Of a DNA stretch of 64,000 bases, positions 40,599 to 49,145 are shown piece by piece. Every line of letters starts with the position of its first letter. Positions within the stretch are counted from its first letter, which is position 1. Position numbers and translations under genes: made by a program. The notes beneath the pieces were generated by a model. That model was not told where the DNA came from. It made no database searches and saw nothing but the letters and a program-made list of their open reading frames with translations. Origin of the DNA: Rhodobacterales bacterium (lineage in GTDB: Bacteria; Pseudomonadota; Alphaproteobacteria; Rhodobacterales; CAZPXZ01); contig CBDCSI010000002.1 in assembly GCA_965221505.1 (NCBI GenBank), positions 60,341 to 124,340 on the forward strand, read 5' to 3'.

Positions 40599-41704
40599 GG
40601 CGTCCCGAAGCGCGCGACCAGCGGCCCGAGCGCCTCGAAATCCGGCTCGACGCCGAGCCCGGGAGCGGCTGACGCGAACATCTTGCCGCCGGCCGTTCGG
40701 GGACCCGGCCGTCCGGTCGAGCGCGTGTTGTAGTTGTGCAGGTCCGTCGAGGCGAGAAGCGCGTCGTCCGGCGTCGATGCCGCGAGATGGACGGCGGCCG
40801 ACGTCGCGATCTCTCCGCCCCAACTGTCCTCGACCACCATCGGCACCTGACGCTCGACCAGAAAGTCGCGCACCCTGCGCGCCTTCGAGAGGCCCCCGAG
40901 ATTGGACACCTTCAGCGCGACCGCGTCCGCCGCATGGTCGTCGACGATTCTCCGCGCCGCGTCGATCCCGGTCACGATCTCGTCCAGCTTCATCGGCAAG
41001 TCGATCCGCCGGCGAACCCGCAGGCAGGCCTCGTAGGTGCCGCAGGGCTGCTCCATGACGTAGTCCAGATCGCGCGTCGCCCGGGCGACCCGAACGGCGT
41101 CGTCCGGCCGCCAGCCGCGATTGGCGTCGACGTAGACCCGCTCCTCCGCCCGGATCAGAGGCACGGTCGAGCGGATCCGCTCGACGTCGTCCCTCCAGTC
41201 GGCGCCCGCCTTGACCTGAAACTGCCGGTAGCCCTCCGCCCGATACGCTTCCAGCGCGCTCCGGGTGCGCTCGACGCTGTCCTGCGGCGCGACCCGGTAG
41301 AGCGGCACGCCGTCGTTCAGCGTGCCGCCGAGGAGCAGCCACACGGGCGCGCCGACGGACTTGCCGAGCAAGTCCCAGCATGCCGCGTCGAACGGGGCCT
41401 TGGCGTAGCCGTGACCGAGCACGGCGCGATCCATGGCGCGCTCGATTCGCCCGACCTGCCGGGGGTCCTCGCCGACGAGGGCCGGCGCGATCAGTCGAGC
41501 CGCGGCCTCGACGCCGTAGGAATGCGCCTCCATGTAGTTCTCGCCGCAGGGGCAGAACTCGCCGAATCCCGAGATTCCGGCGTCGGTATCGACCGCGACC
41601 ACGGTCGAGCGAGCCGACTCGAGCGCGTTTCCCCGTCCCCAGGCATAGGTGCCGCCGACATAGGGCAGGTCGATCCGATAGACGCGTATGCCGACGATGC
41701 GCAT
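40595..41704 (-). CDS. Enolase-superfamily enzyme, cis-3-hydroxy-L-proline dehydratase/HpbD-like
   Basis: YAWGRGN, GEFCPCGENYMEAH, FQVKAG, DANRGW, EQPC, LDE, VEDSWGG. Confidence 0.82.
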   Translation of the reverse strand: MRIVGIRVYRIDLPYVGGTYAWGRGNALESARSTVVAVDTDAGISGFGEFCPCGENYMEAHSYGVEAAARLIAPALVGEDPRQVGRIERAMDRAVLGHGYAKAPFDAACWDLLGKSVGAPVWLLLGGTLNDGVPLYRVAPQDSVERTRSALEAYRAEGYRQFQVKAGADWRDDVERIRSTVPLIRAEERVYVDANRGWRPDDAVRVARATRDLDYVMEQPCGTYEACLRVRRRIDLPMKLDEIVTGIDAARRIVDDHAADAVALKVSNLGGLSKARRVRDFLVERQVPMVVEDSWGGEIATSAAVHLAASTPDDALLASTDLHNYNTRSTGRPGPRTAGGKMFASAAPGLGVEPDFEALGPLVARFGTP

Positions 41705-42255
41705 GTCGCCCTCCGCTCTCGCGCGGCGGAATCGGAGATGCGCCGTCCCGCCCCGCTCCCGACGGGTTCCGGATCCGCTCGGCCGAGGCGCCGAGCGATT
41801 CCGCCGCCGGTGGAGCCGGGTATCGGCGATCCTGCGATCCGCCGTTTCGCCCGTTCCCGGACGCTCCCGCCGGAGCGCGAGAGGCGCTTCCGTCCGGGAG
41901 ACGATCGCGTGGCATCCATACGCCTGCCCCGTGCGCCGTTCAACCCCGATCCGCGGCGATTCGAACGCCGATTCCTCCCTGCAGCGAACGCCGCCGGCCG
42001 ACCTGCGTCGGACCCGGGCTCCGGAACGCAGGGCTGCAACGGCCCGCCGCGCCGCCAGGTCCCGATCGGGCGGCGACGGCGGCCGGTGCCGGGCCGTCAC
42101 CCTCGAGAGCCTCGAAGTCCGACGACGGGAGTCGGTCCCGACTGCCGGAGGACGCCATGGCCTGCTTCGCCGCCGCGAACGCAAGGTCGGATTTCCCGCA
42201 ATCCGCTTCCGCATTCGGCGGCCCGGATCGGCTGCGGAGCCGGACCGTTCGGGCC

Positions 42256-42283
42256 TTGACCTGCAGGCGCGCGTCAGTACCAT
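42256..42283 (+). promoter_or_regulatory. Sigma70-type promoter of the tRNA-Thr gene
   Basis: TTGACC-N16-TACCAT followed by a GC-rich discriminator, ending 11 nt before the tRNA 5' end. Confidence 0.7.
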
Positions 42284-42294
42284 GCTCCCCCAGC

Positions 42295-42584
42295 GCCGCC
42301 GTAGCTCAGTGGTAGAGCACACCCTTGGTAGCAATTGCCCGCCCGTCGGGAAACCGGCGGGATCGCACCGTTCAAATTCGGGGAACGCTGCGGGCCGCAA
42401 GCCCATGCCGATCCCGAGCCAAGCCCGGCAAGCCGGGAAGGTGTAGAGGCCAGACGGACGGGACCTTCGCCGCGGACGGCGGCATGGTCAAGGGATGGTC
42501 CAGACCGCAAACCCTTCGGGGGCCGCGAAAGCGGTGGCGGCAGGAAGGGTGGGGTCGCGAGTTCGATTCTCGCCGGCGGCACCA
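42295..42584 (+). tRNA. tRNA-Thr(GGT), intron-containing; exons 42295-42329 and 42545-42584
   Basis: Joined exons give a 75-nt cloverleaf: acceptor GCCGCCG/CGGCGGC, D-arm GCTC/GAGC, anticodon stem CACCC/GGGTG with loop TTGGTAA, T-arm GCGAG-TTCGATT-CTCGC, encoded ACCA. Confidence 0.95.
42330..42544 (+). ncRNA. Group I self-splicing intron (IC3/Azoarcus-like), 215 nt
   Basis: U before the 5' splice site and terminal G; IGS GCC pairs with exon GGU; core blocks TCAAATTCGGGGAA, CCCGAGCCAAGC, GAAGGTGTAGAGGCCAGACGG, GGGATGGTCCAG; GAAA loops at L2 and L9. Confidence 0.92.
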
Positions 42585-42686
42585 GCAACCGGGTTCCCTG
42601 CGTTCGTTCGTCGCCGTCGACGCGAGACGGAAGCGTGCAGGCGTCGACCGCGAAACGCGCCGGACTCCGAAGCGAGTGAGGTACGG

Positions 42687-43211
42687 GTGACGATTCGGCA
42701 ATCCAGCTTTTCCCGCGAGGAACTCATCGAATGCGCCAACGGCGCGATGTTCGGCAAGGACAACGCGCAGTTGCCCGCTCCTCCCCTGCTGATGTTCGAC
42801 CGCATCTCCAGCATTACCGAGACCGGCGGCAAGCACGGCGCCGGCACCGTGGTGGCGGAACTCGACGTCAAGCCGAGCGCGTGGTACTTCGACTGCCACT
42901 TCATCGGCGATCCGGTCATGCCGGGATGCCTCGGCCTGGACGCGCTCTGGCAGATGACCGGCTTCTTCCTCGGATGGCTCGGCGAGAAGGGGCGCGGACG
43001 CGCCCTCGGCGTCGACTCGGTCAAATTCGCCGGCATGGTCACCCCGGCAGCCCGACTGCTTCGCTACGTGGTGGACATTCGGCGCGTCCGCCGCGGCCGG
43101 ATCGTGCTGGGCATCGCCGACGGCGAACTCCTCGCCGACGGCAAGGCGGTGTTCACCGCCGCCGGCATGCGGGTCGGGCTCTTCCGGCCCGCTGCGGCCC
43201 CGGCGGCCTGA
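42687..43211 (+). CDS. fabA: 3-hydroxyacyl-ACP dehydratase/isomerase FabA
   Basis: [34 protein letters not shown]; GTG start after GAGG. Confidence 0.95.
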   Translation: MTIRQSSFSREELIECANGAMFGKDNAQLPAPPLLMFDRISSITETGGKHGAGTVVAELDVKPSAWYFDCHFIGDPVMPGCLGLDALWQMTGFFLGWLGEKGRGRALGVDSVKFAGMVTPAARLLRYVVDIRRVRRGRIVLGIADGELLADGKAVFTAAGMRVGLFRPAAAPAA

Positions 43212-43224
43212 GGAGCCGGCCGGA

Positions 43225-44442
43225 ATGCGCCGGGTCGCGGTTACCGGAATCGGCATCGTCTCCGCCATCGGCAGCGACGCTGCGGAGGTCGAGGCCAGCC
43301 TTCGGTCCGGAAGCTCCGGAATCGTCTTCGCGGAAGACTACGCCGAGCGCGGCTTCCGAAGCCAGGTGAAGGGCCAGCCCGGGCTGGATCCGGCAAGCGC
43401 GGTCGAAAAGCGCGTTCGCCGCTTCATGGGCGACGGCGCGGCCTGGAACCATGTCGCGCTGCAACAGGCGATCGGGGACGCGGGGCTGGAGCCGGAGGAG
43501 GTGAGCCACGAGCGAACCGGGCTCGTCATGGGTTCCGGCGGTCCCTCGACGCACAACCAGGTGCTCGCCTGCGACATCGCCCGCGAGAAGGGCGTACGCC
43601 GGGTCGGCCCCTTCATGGTTCCGCGCGCGATGTCGTCGACCAACTCGGCCACGCTCGCGACCCCGTTCCGAATTCGGGGCGTCAATTACTCGATCTCGTC
43701 CGCATGCTCCACCTCCGCGCATTGCATCGGCAACGCCGCCGAGTTGATCCAGTGGGGCAAGCAGGACATCGTCTTCGCCGGCGGCGGCGAAGAGCTCGAC
43801 TGGACGCTGTCCCTTCTCTTCGACGCCATGGGGGCGCTGTCCGGCGGCTTCAACGACACGCCGTCGATCGCCTCCCGCGCCTTCTGCAGCCGCCGGGACG
43901 GTTTCGTCATCGCCGGCGGCGCCGGCGCGCTGGTGCTCGAGGAAATGGATCGGGCCCAGGCGCGCGGGGCCCGGATCTACGCGGAGGTCACCGGCTACGG
44001 CGCCACCTCGGACGGCTTCGACATGGTGCAGCCTTCCGGCGAGGGCGCCGTGCGCTGCATGCGAATGGCGACCGCGGGGCTGGACGGGCGCAGGGTCGAC
44101 TACATCAACGCCCACGGCACCTCGACCCCGGTGGGCGACGTGCGCGAGCTGGAAGCCATTCGGGAGGCCTTCGGCAACGACGTCCCGAACATCAGCTCCA
44201 CCAAGTCGCTGACCGGCCACTCGCTCGGCGCGGCCGGCGTACAGGAAGCGATCTACAGCCTGATCATGATGCAGGGCGACTTCGTCGCCGCGTCGGCGCA
44301 TATCGACGAGCTCATGCCCGAAGCGGACGGGTTTCCGATCGTCACCGAACGAATCGACGGCGCCGGAATCGACACGGTCATGTCGAACAGTTTCGGCTTC
44401 GGCGGCACCAACGCCTGCCTCGTCTTCTCGCGGCCGAATTGA
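43225..44442 (+). CDS. fabB: Beta-ketoacyl-ACP synthase I
   Basis: [35 protein letters not shown]. Confidence 0.95.
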   Translation: MRRVAVTGIGIVSAIGSDAAEVEASLRSGSSGIVFAEDYAERGFRSQVKGQPGLDPASAVEKRVRRFMGDGAAWNHVALQQAIGDAGLEPEEVSHERTGLVMGSGGPSTHNQVLACDIAREKGVRRVGPFMVPRAMSSTNSATLATPFRIRGVNYSISSACSTSAHCIGNAAELIQWGKQDIVFAGGGEELDWTLSLLFDAMGALSGGFNDTPSIASRAFCSRRDGFVIAGGAGALVLEEMDRAQARGARIYAEVTGYGATSDGFDMVQPSGEGAVRCMRMATAGLDGRRVDYINAHGTSTPVGDVRELEAIREAFGNDVPNISSTKSLTGHSLGAAGVQEAIYSLIMMQGDFVAASAHIDELMPEADGFPIVTERIDGAGIDTVMSNSFGFGGTNACLVFSRPN

Positions 44443-44449
44443 GGCCCTG

Positions 44450-45244
44450 ATGCCGCATCGAGCAAGCCTGTCCGGCCGGCGCGGACTGGTCGTCGGCGTC
44501 GCCAACGAACGGTCCATCGCATGGGGAGTCGCCCAGGCCGCCGCCGCGCTCGGAGCAGAGCTGGCCTTCACCTATCAGGGCGAGGCCTTCGGAAAGCGGG
44601 TTCGTCCGCTGGCCGAAAGCGTAGGCTCCAGCGTCGTCTTCGACATGGACCTGGAGCGGGACGACTCGGTCGACGCGGCGTTCGCCGGCGTCGCGAAGGC
44701 CTGGGGACGTCTGGATTTTCTGGTTCACGCCGTCGCCTGGTCGGACAAGCGGGAGTTGACCGGCCGCTACGTCGACACTACCCGAGACAACTTCCGGCGG
44801 AGTCTCGACATCTCCTGCTATTCCTTCGCCGATCTCGCGCGCCGGGCGGCGCCCATGATGAACGACGGCGGCTCCATGCTCACCCTCACCTATCTGGGCT
44901 CCGAGCGGGTCATGCCGAATTACAACGTGATGGGCGTGGCCAAGGCCGCGCTCGAAGCCAGCGTGCGGTATCTGGCGCAGGATCTCGGACCGCTCGGCAT
45001 CCGCGTCAACGCCCTGTCGCCGGGCCCCATGCGAACGCTCGCCGGCTCCGCCATCGGAGGCGCCCGGAAGGTCTATCGCGCGACCGCGGCCAACGCGCCG
45101 CTGCGACGCAACGTCTCCATGGACGACGTCGGCGGAGCGGCCGCCTTCCTGTTGTCCGATCTCGGCGCCGGCGTGACCGGCGAAGTCGTCTACGTGGACG
45201 GCGGCTACCATGTCCTCGGCATGGCGATCGAGGAGAACCTGTAA
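44450..45244 (+). CDS. fabI: Enoyl-ACP reductase FabI
   Basis: GVANERSIAWG, YNVMGVAKAALE, SPGPMRTLA. Confidence 0.95.
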   Translation: MPHRASLSGRRGLVVGVANERSIAWGVAQAAAALGAELAFTYQGEAFGKRVRPLAESVGSSVVFDMDLERDDSVDAAFAGVAKAWGRLDFLVHAVAWSDKRELTGRYVDTTRDNFRRSLDISCYSFADLARRAAPMMNDGGSMLTLTYLGSERVMPNYNVMGVAKAALEASVRYLAQDLGPLGIRVNALSPGPMRTLAGSAIGGARKVYRATAANAPLRRNVSMDDVGGAAAFLLSDLGAGVTGEVVYVDGGYHVLGMAIEENL

Positions 45245-45248
45245 CCCT

Positions 45249-45875
45249 TCAGCCGTCCTCCGCCGGCAGGATCTCGCATCCGAATTGCGCCGCCGACTCG
45301 ACCAGTTCCGTCCAGCCGAACTCTGCGTAGCTGCGGTGCAGCAGGAGCCGGTATTCCGGCTTGCCCTGCCGGTCGACGCGAAGGACGACCGCCGATCCGT
45401 GACCGAACTGCCCGGTCGCGGCCGCGCCGCGCGAGAACTGCGCCGGGCGCAGGTCCAGGGGCATGAACCGCATCAACAACTCCGCCGCTTGCGGACCGCC
45501 GATCCGGATGCCGGTTCGCGCATGCGAGAGGTCGAGACCGGCCCCGTCCCCGGGAGCGAGCTCCGGCGGCGGCGGCGCCTCGCGCAGGGCGGCGGCGGTG
45601 CCGAGCAGCCACCACTTCAGCGGCTCTACGCGCAAGACGCACGCGCCCGCGCCGCTTCCCCAGGGAATCCAGCGTCCCGGTCCCGGCGGCGGCCGGCCGC
45701 CGTTCGCCGCGGCCAGCAGCGTGCGCACGCGCTCCAGGGATTCCGGCCAGACGGCGATCTGGGCGATCCGAAGGCCCCGAATCTCCCGGAGTCGGACGCG
45801 GGGCCCCTCCGCGGAGACGGAACCCGCAGTCCCCGGCTCGTAAACGGCCGCAAGAGCGGACACCCGCTCAACCAT
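45249..45875 (-). CDS. soxG: Sarcosine oxidase gamma subunit
   Basis: DLSHART, PLDLRP, RSYAEF; last gene of the sarcosine oxidase operon. Confidence 0.85.
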   Translation of the reverse strand: MVERVSALAAVYEPGTAGSVSAEGPRVRLREIRGLRIAQIAVWPESLERVRTLLAAANGGRPPPGPGRWIPWGSGAGACVLRVEPLKWWLLGTAAALREAPPPPELAPGDGAGLDLSHARTGIRIGGPQAAELLMRFMPLDLRPAQFSRGAAATGQFGHGSAVVLRVDRQGKPEYRLLLHRSYAEFGWTELVESAAQFGCEILPAEDG

Positions 45876-48840
45876 GGAGACGCTCGCCCGCCGGATCGAA
45901 CATGTGCGGCGAGACGATTTCGACCGCCGTCTCCGTCCCGCGCACCGGGTCCGCGGCGACCAGCGTCCGCGGCCCGGAATCCGCCGCTCCGCCCAGCGCG
46001 AAGCCGAGACCGATCCAGTGCCCCAGCGCCGGGGAATGCGTCACTGCCGTGATCCAGCCGACGCCGTGGCCGCGCACCTCGCCGCGCTCGCAGAGAATCG
46101 CGCCCGAGCGGAACGTCTTCGAACGGTCGGCCGGCAGGATTCCCACCAGTTTCGGCCGATCCTCGCCGAGAAGCTCGGGCCGGCTCGCCAGCGTCCGGCC
46201 GACATACGCCTTCTTCCGGGACGCCATGCGGCCGAGACCGGCGTCGGCCAGCGTCACGCGTCCGTCCAGTTCCGCGGCCGTCACGTGGCCCTTCTCGATG
46301 CGCAGCGCCCCCAGCGCCTCCAGTCCGTAGAGCGAGCCTCCCTCCGCCTCGACCGCCGTCCGAAGCGCCTCCATGGCAGCCTCGCCGTAGTCGGCGCCGA
46401 CATAGACCTCGTAGCCCAACTCGCCCGAGAAGCTGATCCGGGCGATGCGGCAGCGCACGGCTCCGCCGGAAACCGCCAGGCGGCCCTCTCGCACGCCCAT
46501 GAACGGGAACGCCTCGTCGCCGAGGTCGATCCCCTCCACCGTCGCCTCCAGGACGGCCCGGGCACGCGGTCCCGCGACCGACGCGCCGGACCACTGGTCC
46601 GTGACCGAGGTCAGATGCACCCGGAACTCCCGCAACCGCGTCGCCAGCAACCCTTCGAGCCAGGCCATCACCCGCGCGGCCTGCGCCGTGGTGGTGGTCA
46701 TGAACCAGTCGGTCTCGCCGATCCGCCAGGTCGTGCCGTCGTCCAGGACGAACCCGTCGTCGCGTAGCATGACTCCGTAGCGAGCCCGACCGACCGGCAG
46801 GGCCGAGAAGCCGTTCACGTACACGGCGTCCAGAAACCGGCCCGCATCCGGCCCCTGTACGGCGATCTTGCCGAGGGACGACACGTCGGCGAGTCCGACG
46901 CGTTCCCGGACGACGGCCGCCTCCCGAACGTAGGCCTCGTCGAGGCCCTCGCCTTCGAGCGGATAGTATTGCGGGCGGCGCCACACGCCGGCCTCGATCA
47001 TCACGGACGCGTTGCGGTAATGCCATGCGTGCGCCGGCACGCGGCGAACGGGGCGGAAAGCGCGGCCCCGCGCCCGCCCGGCCATCGCCCCGATCTCGAC
47101 CGGATCGTAGGGCGGACGAAACCCCGTGACGCCGCATTCCGGCAGGGCCACGCCGCGCGCCTCGGCGAGAATGCCGAGCCCGACCACGTTCGACGTCTTG
47201 CCCTGATCCGGCGACATTCCGAGGGTCGTGTAGCGCTTGACGTGCTCCGCCTCGTAGTATCCCTCCTCCGCCGAGAGCCGAATGTCGGCCGCCGTGACGT
47301 CGTTTTGCAGGTCGACGAAGCTCTTTGCGCCGCGGGAGCCGGGCAGCCGGACCTCGTAGATCGGCCGGAGCGGCTCCCGCCATCCGCCGGGCGCCGGCAT
47401 CGGAAGCGATTCCGCCGCGACGCCGAGCGCGCGGGCCGCGCGCGCCGCCGCCGAGCGGCCGGAACGGCACGCCGCATCCGCGTCCCAGATCCCGCGCGCC
47501 GCGCCCGCGACCTCGACCCCGTCCATGTCGTCCGGCGGCAGAAACGCGGCGAGAGCGTCGTTCCAGACCGGACGGACGCCGCGGTGGCAGATGAGGTGCA
47601 CCGCCGGGTTCCACCCGCCCGACACGCCGACGACGTCGCATGGGACGCGGCGGCTGGCGCCGCCCGCCACCGGTTCGAGCACGGCGCCGCGGACGCCGCG
47701 CCGCCCGGTCGCGCTCACCGGCACGTGCCCCCGAAGCAGGTCGAACCTCTCGGCCGGAGGCCCGCCGCTCCCGCTTCGCGTATCCGCAAGCGTCACCTGG
47801 AGTCCCGCCCGCGCCAGGTCGCCGGCGACCCCGTAGGCGGAATCGTTGTTGGTCGCGACGAGCACTCGAGCGCCGCAGGCGACGCCGAACCGGTTGAGAT
47901 AGGCCCGGAGGGCGGTCGCGCTCATGACGCCCGGAAGGTCGTTGCAGCGGAACGCGAAGCCGCGTTCCGTCGCGCCCGCGGCGACGACGGTGCGGCGCGC
48001 GCGCACGACGCGGAAGCGTCCTCGAACGTCGTGCTCTCCCCTCTCGCCGTCGGCCTCCGGGCGCTCGATCAGTCCCGCCACGCCGCCGTCGTAGAGCCCG
48101 AACGCAGTGGTCCGGTACAGGATTCTGACGCCAGGACGGGAAGCGAGCGCCGCCAGCCGGGCCGCGGTCCAGGCGTCCGAGGGCGCGCCCTCGATCTCGG
48201 CCGATTCGAACAGCAGGCTTCCGCCCGGGCGGAAGTCCCGTTCGACGAGAAGGACGTCGAGGCCCGCTTCGGAGGCGGTTTCCGCCGCGGCCAGGCCGGC
48301 CGGGCCGGCGCCGACCACCAGCACGTCGCAAAAGTCGTTCGCCCGCTCGTAACAGTCCGGATCCGGCTCGCGCGAGGCCCGTCCCATCCCGGCGGCGCGC
48401 CGAACGAACCGCTCGCAGAACATCCAGAATCCGGTTCCCCGAACGGGCCCCATGAAGGTCTTGTAGTAGAACCCGGCGGGCAGGAAGGGGGAGAGGATTC
48501 CGGCGACCGCGCCGAAGTCGAGGCGAACGCCGGGCCACGCGTTCTGGCCCCGCACGTCCATTCCGTCCGCGAGTTCGAGCGTGGTGGCCCTGGCGTTGGG
48601 CGTCGTCCTCGCCCCGGAGCCCAGGGTGACGTAGGCGCCCGGCTCCTCGACCCCGGCGGACCAGACCCCGCGCGGCCGATGATACTTGAAGCTGCGGCCC
48701 AGGATCCGTTCGCCGGAGGCGAGGAGCGCGGACGCGACCGTGTCGCCGGCGTATCCCGAGCGGGCCTGGCCGTCCCAGGTGAAGCGGACGGGTCGCTCGC
48801 GGTCGATCAGGCCGCCCGTATCCAGACGATAGCCGGTCAC
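45868..48840 (-). CDS. soxA: Sarcosine oxidase alpha subunit
   Basis: GDTVASALLA, RSFKYHRPRG, GAGPAG, KRYTTLGM, DVSSLGK, RIEKGH; GcvT-like C-terminus. Symbol is the sarcosine oxidase homonym, not sulfur SoxA. Confidence 0.93.
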   Translation of the reverse strand: MTGYRLDTGGLIDRERPVRFTWDGQARSGYAGDTVASALLASGERILGRSFKYHRPRGVWSAGVEEPGAYVTLGSGARTTPNARATTLELADGMDVRGQNAWPGVRLDFGAVAGILSPFLPAGFYYKTFMGPVRGTGFWMFCERFVRRAAGMGRASREPDPDCYERANDFCDVLVVGAGPAGLAAAETASEAGLDVLLVERDFRPGGSLLFESAEIEGAPSDAWTAARLAALASRPGVRILYRTTAFGLYDGGVAGLIERPEADGERGEHDVRGRFRVVRARRTVVAAGATERGFAFRCNDLPGVMSATALRAYLNRFGVACGARVLVATNNDSAYGVAGDLARAGLQVTLADTRSGSGGPPAERFDLLRGHVPVSATGRRGVRGAVLEPVAGGASRRVPCDVVGVSGGWNPAVHLICHRGVRPVWNDALAAFLPPDDMDGVEVAGAARGIWDADAACRSGRSAAARAARALGVAAESLPMPAPGGWREPLRPIYEVRLPGSRGAKSFVDLQNDVTAADIRLSAEEGYYEAEHVKRYTTLGMSPDQGKTSNVVGLGILAEARGVALPECGVTGFRPPYDPVEIGAMAGRARGRAFRPVRRVPAHAWHYRNASVMIEAGVWRRPQYYPLEGEGLDEAYVREAAVVRERVGLADVSSLGKIAVQGPDAGRFLDAVYVNGFSALPVGRARYGVMLRDDGFVLDDGTTWRIGETDWFMTTTTAQAARVMAWLEGLLATRLREFRVHLTSVTDQWSGASVAGPRARAVLEATVEGIDLGDEAFPFMGVREGRLAVSGGAVRCRIARISFSGELGYEVYVGADYGEAAMEALRTAVEAEGGSLYGLEALGALRIEKGHVTAAELDGRVTLADAGLGRMASRKKAYVGRTLASRPELLGEDRPKLVGILPADRSKTFRSGAILCERGEVRGHGVGWITAVTHSPALGHWIGLGFALGGAADSGPRTLVAADPVRGTETAVEIVSPHMFDPAGERLHG

Positions 48841-49133
48841 CCTTCGCTCCTCTCCCGGCGCAGCGCCGCTTCCAGATCGGGATGCGCGGGCGACACGCTC
48901 AGGATCTCGTGGGTGCAGGTGTCGCGCTCGACTTCCAGCCACATCCGGCAGCCTTGGGAATGCTGCCAGTATTCCCGGTGGGGACCGGCCGGGTTCCGGC
49001 GAAGAAACACGGCGCGGTGCCACGCCGCCCGGTCTTCGTCCCCGAGCGCCGGCCAGAGGACGGTCGCGTCGCCCTCGTAGGAGAACTCGGCGTGGTCCCG
49101 CGGGCCGCAGAAGGGACAGGCGATCCGGAGCAT
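48837..49133 (-). CDS. soxD: Sarcosine oxidase delta subunit
   Basis: CPFCGPR and WQHSQGC Zn motif. Confidence 0.92.
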   Translation of the reverse strand: MLRIACPFCGPRDHAEFSYEGDATVLWPALGDEDRAAWHRAVFLRRNPAGPHREYWQHSQGCRMWLEVERDTCTHEILSVSPAHPDLEAALRRERSEG

Positions 49134-49145
49134 CCGCGGGCCTCG

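Noticed and set aside
42295-42584. tRNA disrupted by an integrative element (att site)
   Set aside because: No duplicated tRNA end and no integrase; the insert has group I core pairings and correct splice-site nucleotides.
6984-42584. Functional link between the PARIS-like pair and the tRNA intron
   Set aside because: They are about 34 kb apart with nothing in the sequence connecting them, and the spliced tRNA would be normal.
42495-42686. 64-aa N-terminal extension of FabA in the ORF track
   Set aside because: It runs through the intron 3' end and tRNA exon 2; GTG 42687 has an RBS and matches normal FabA length.
42274-42690. Short ORFs over the intron as a possible homing endonuclease
   Set aside because: The intron is only 215 nt, fully structured, and shows no LAGLIDADG, HNH or GIY-YIG motif.
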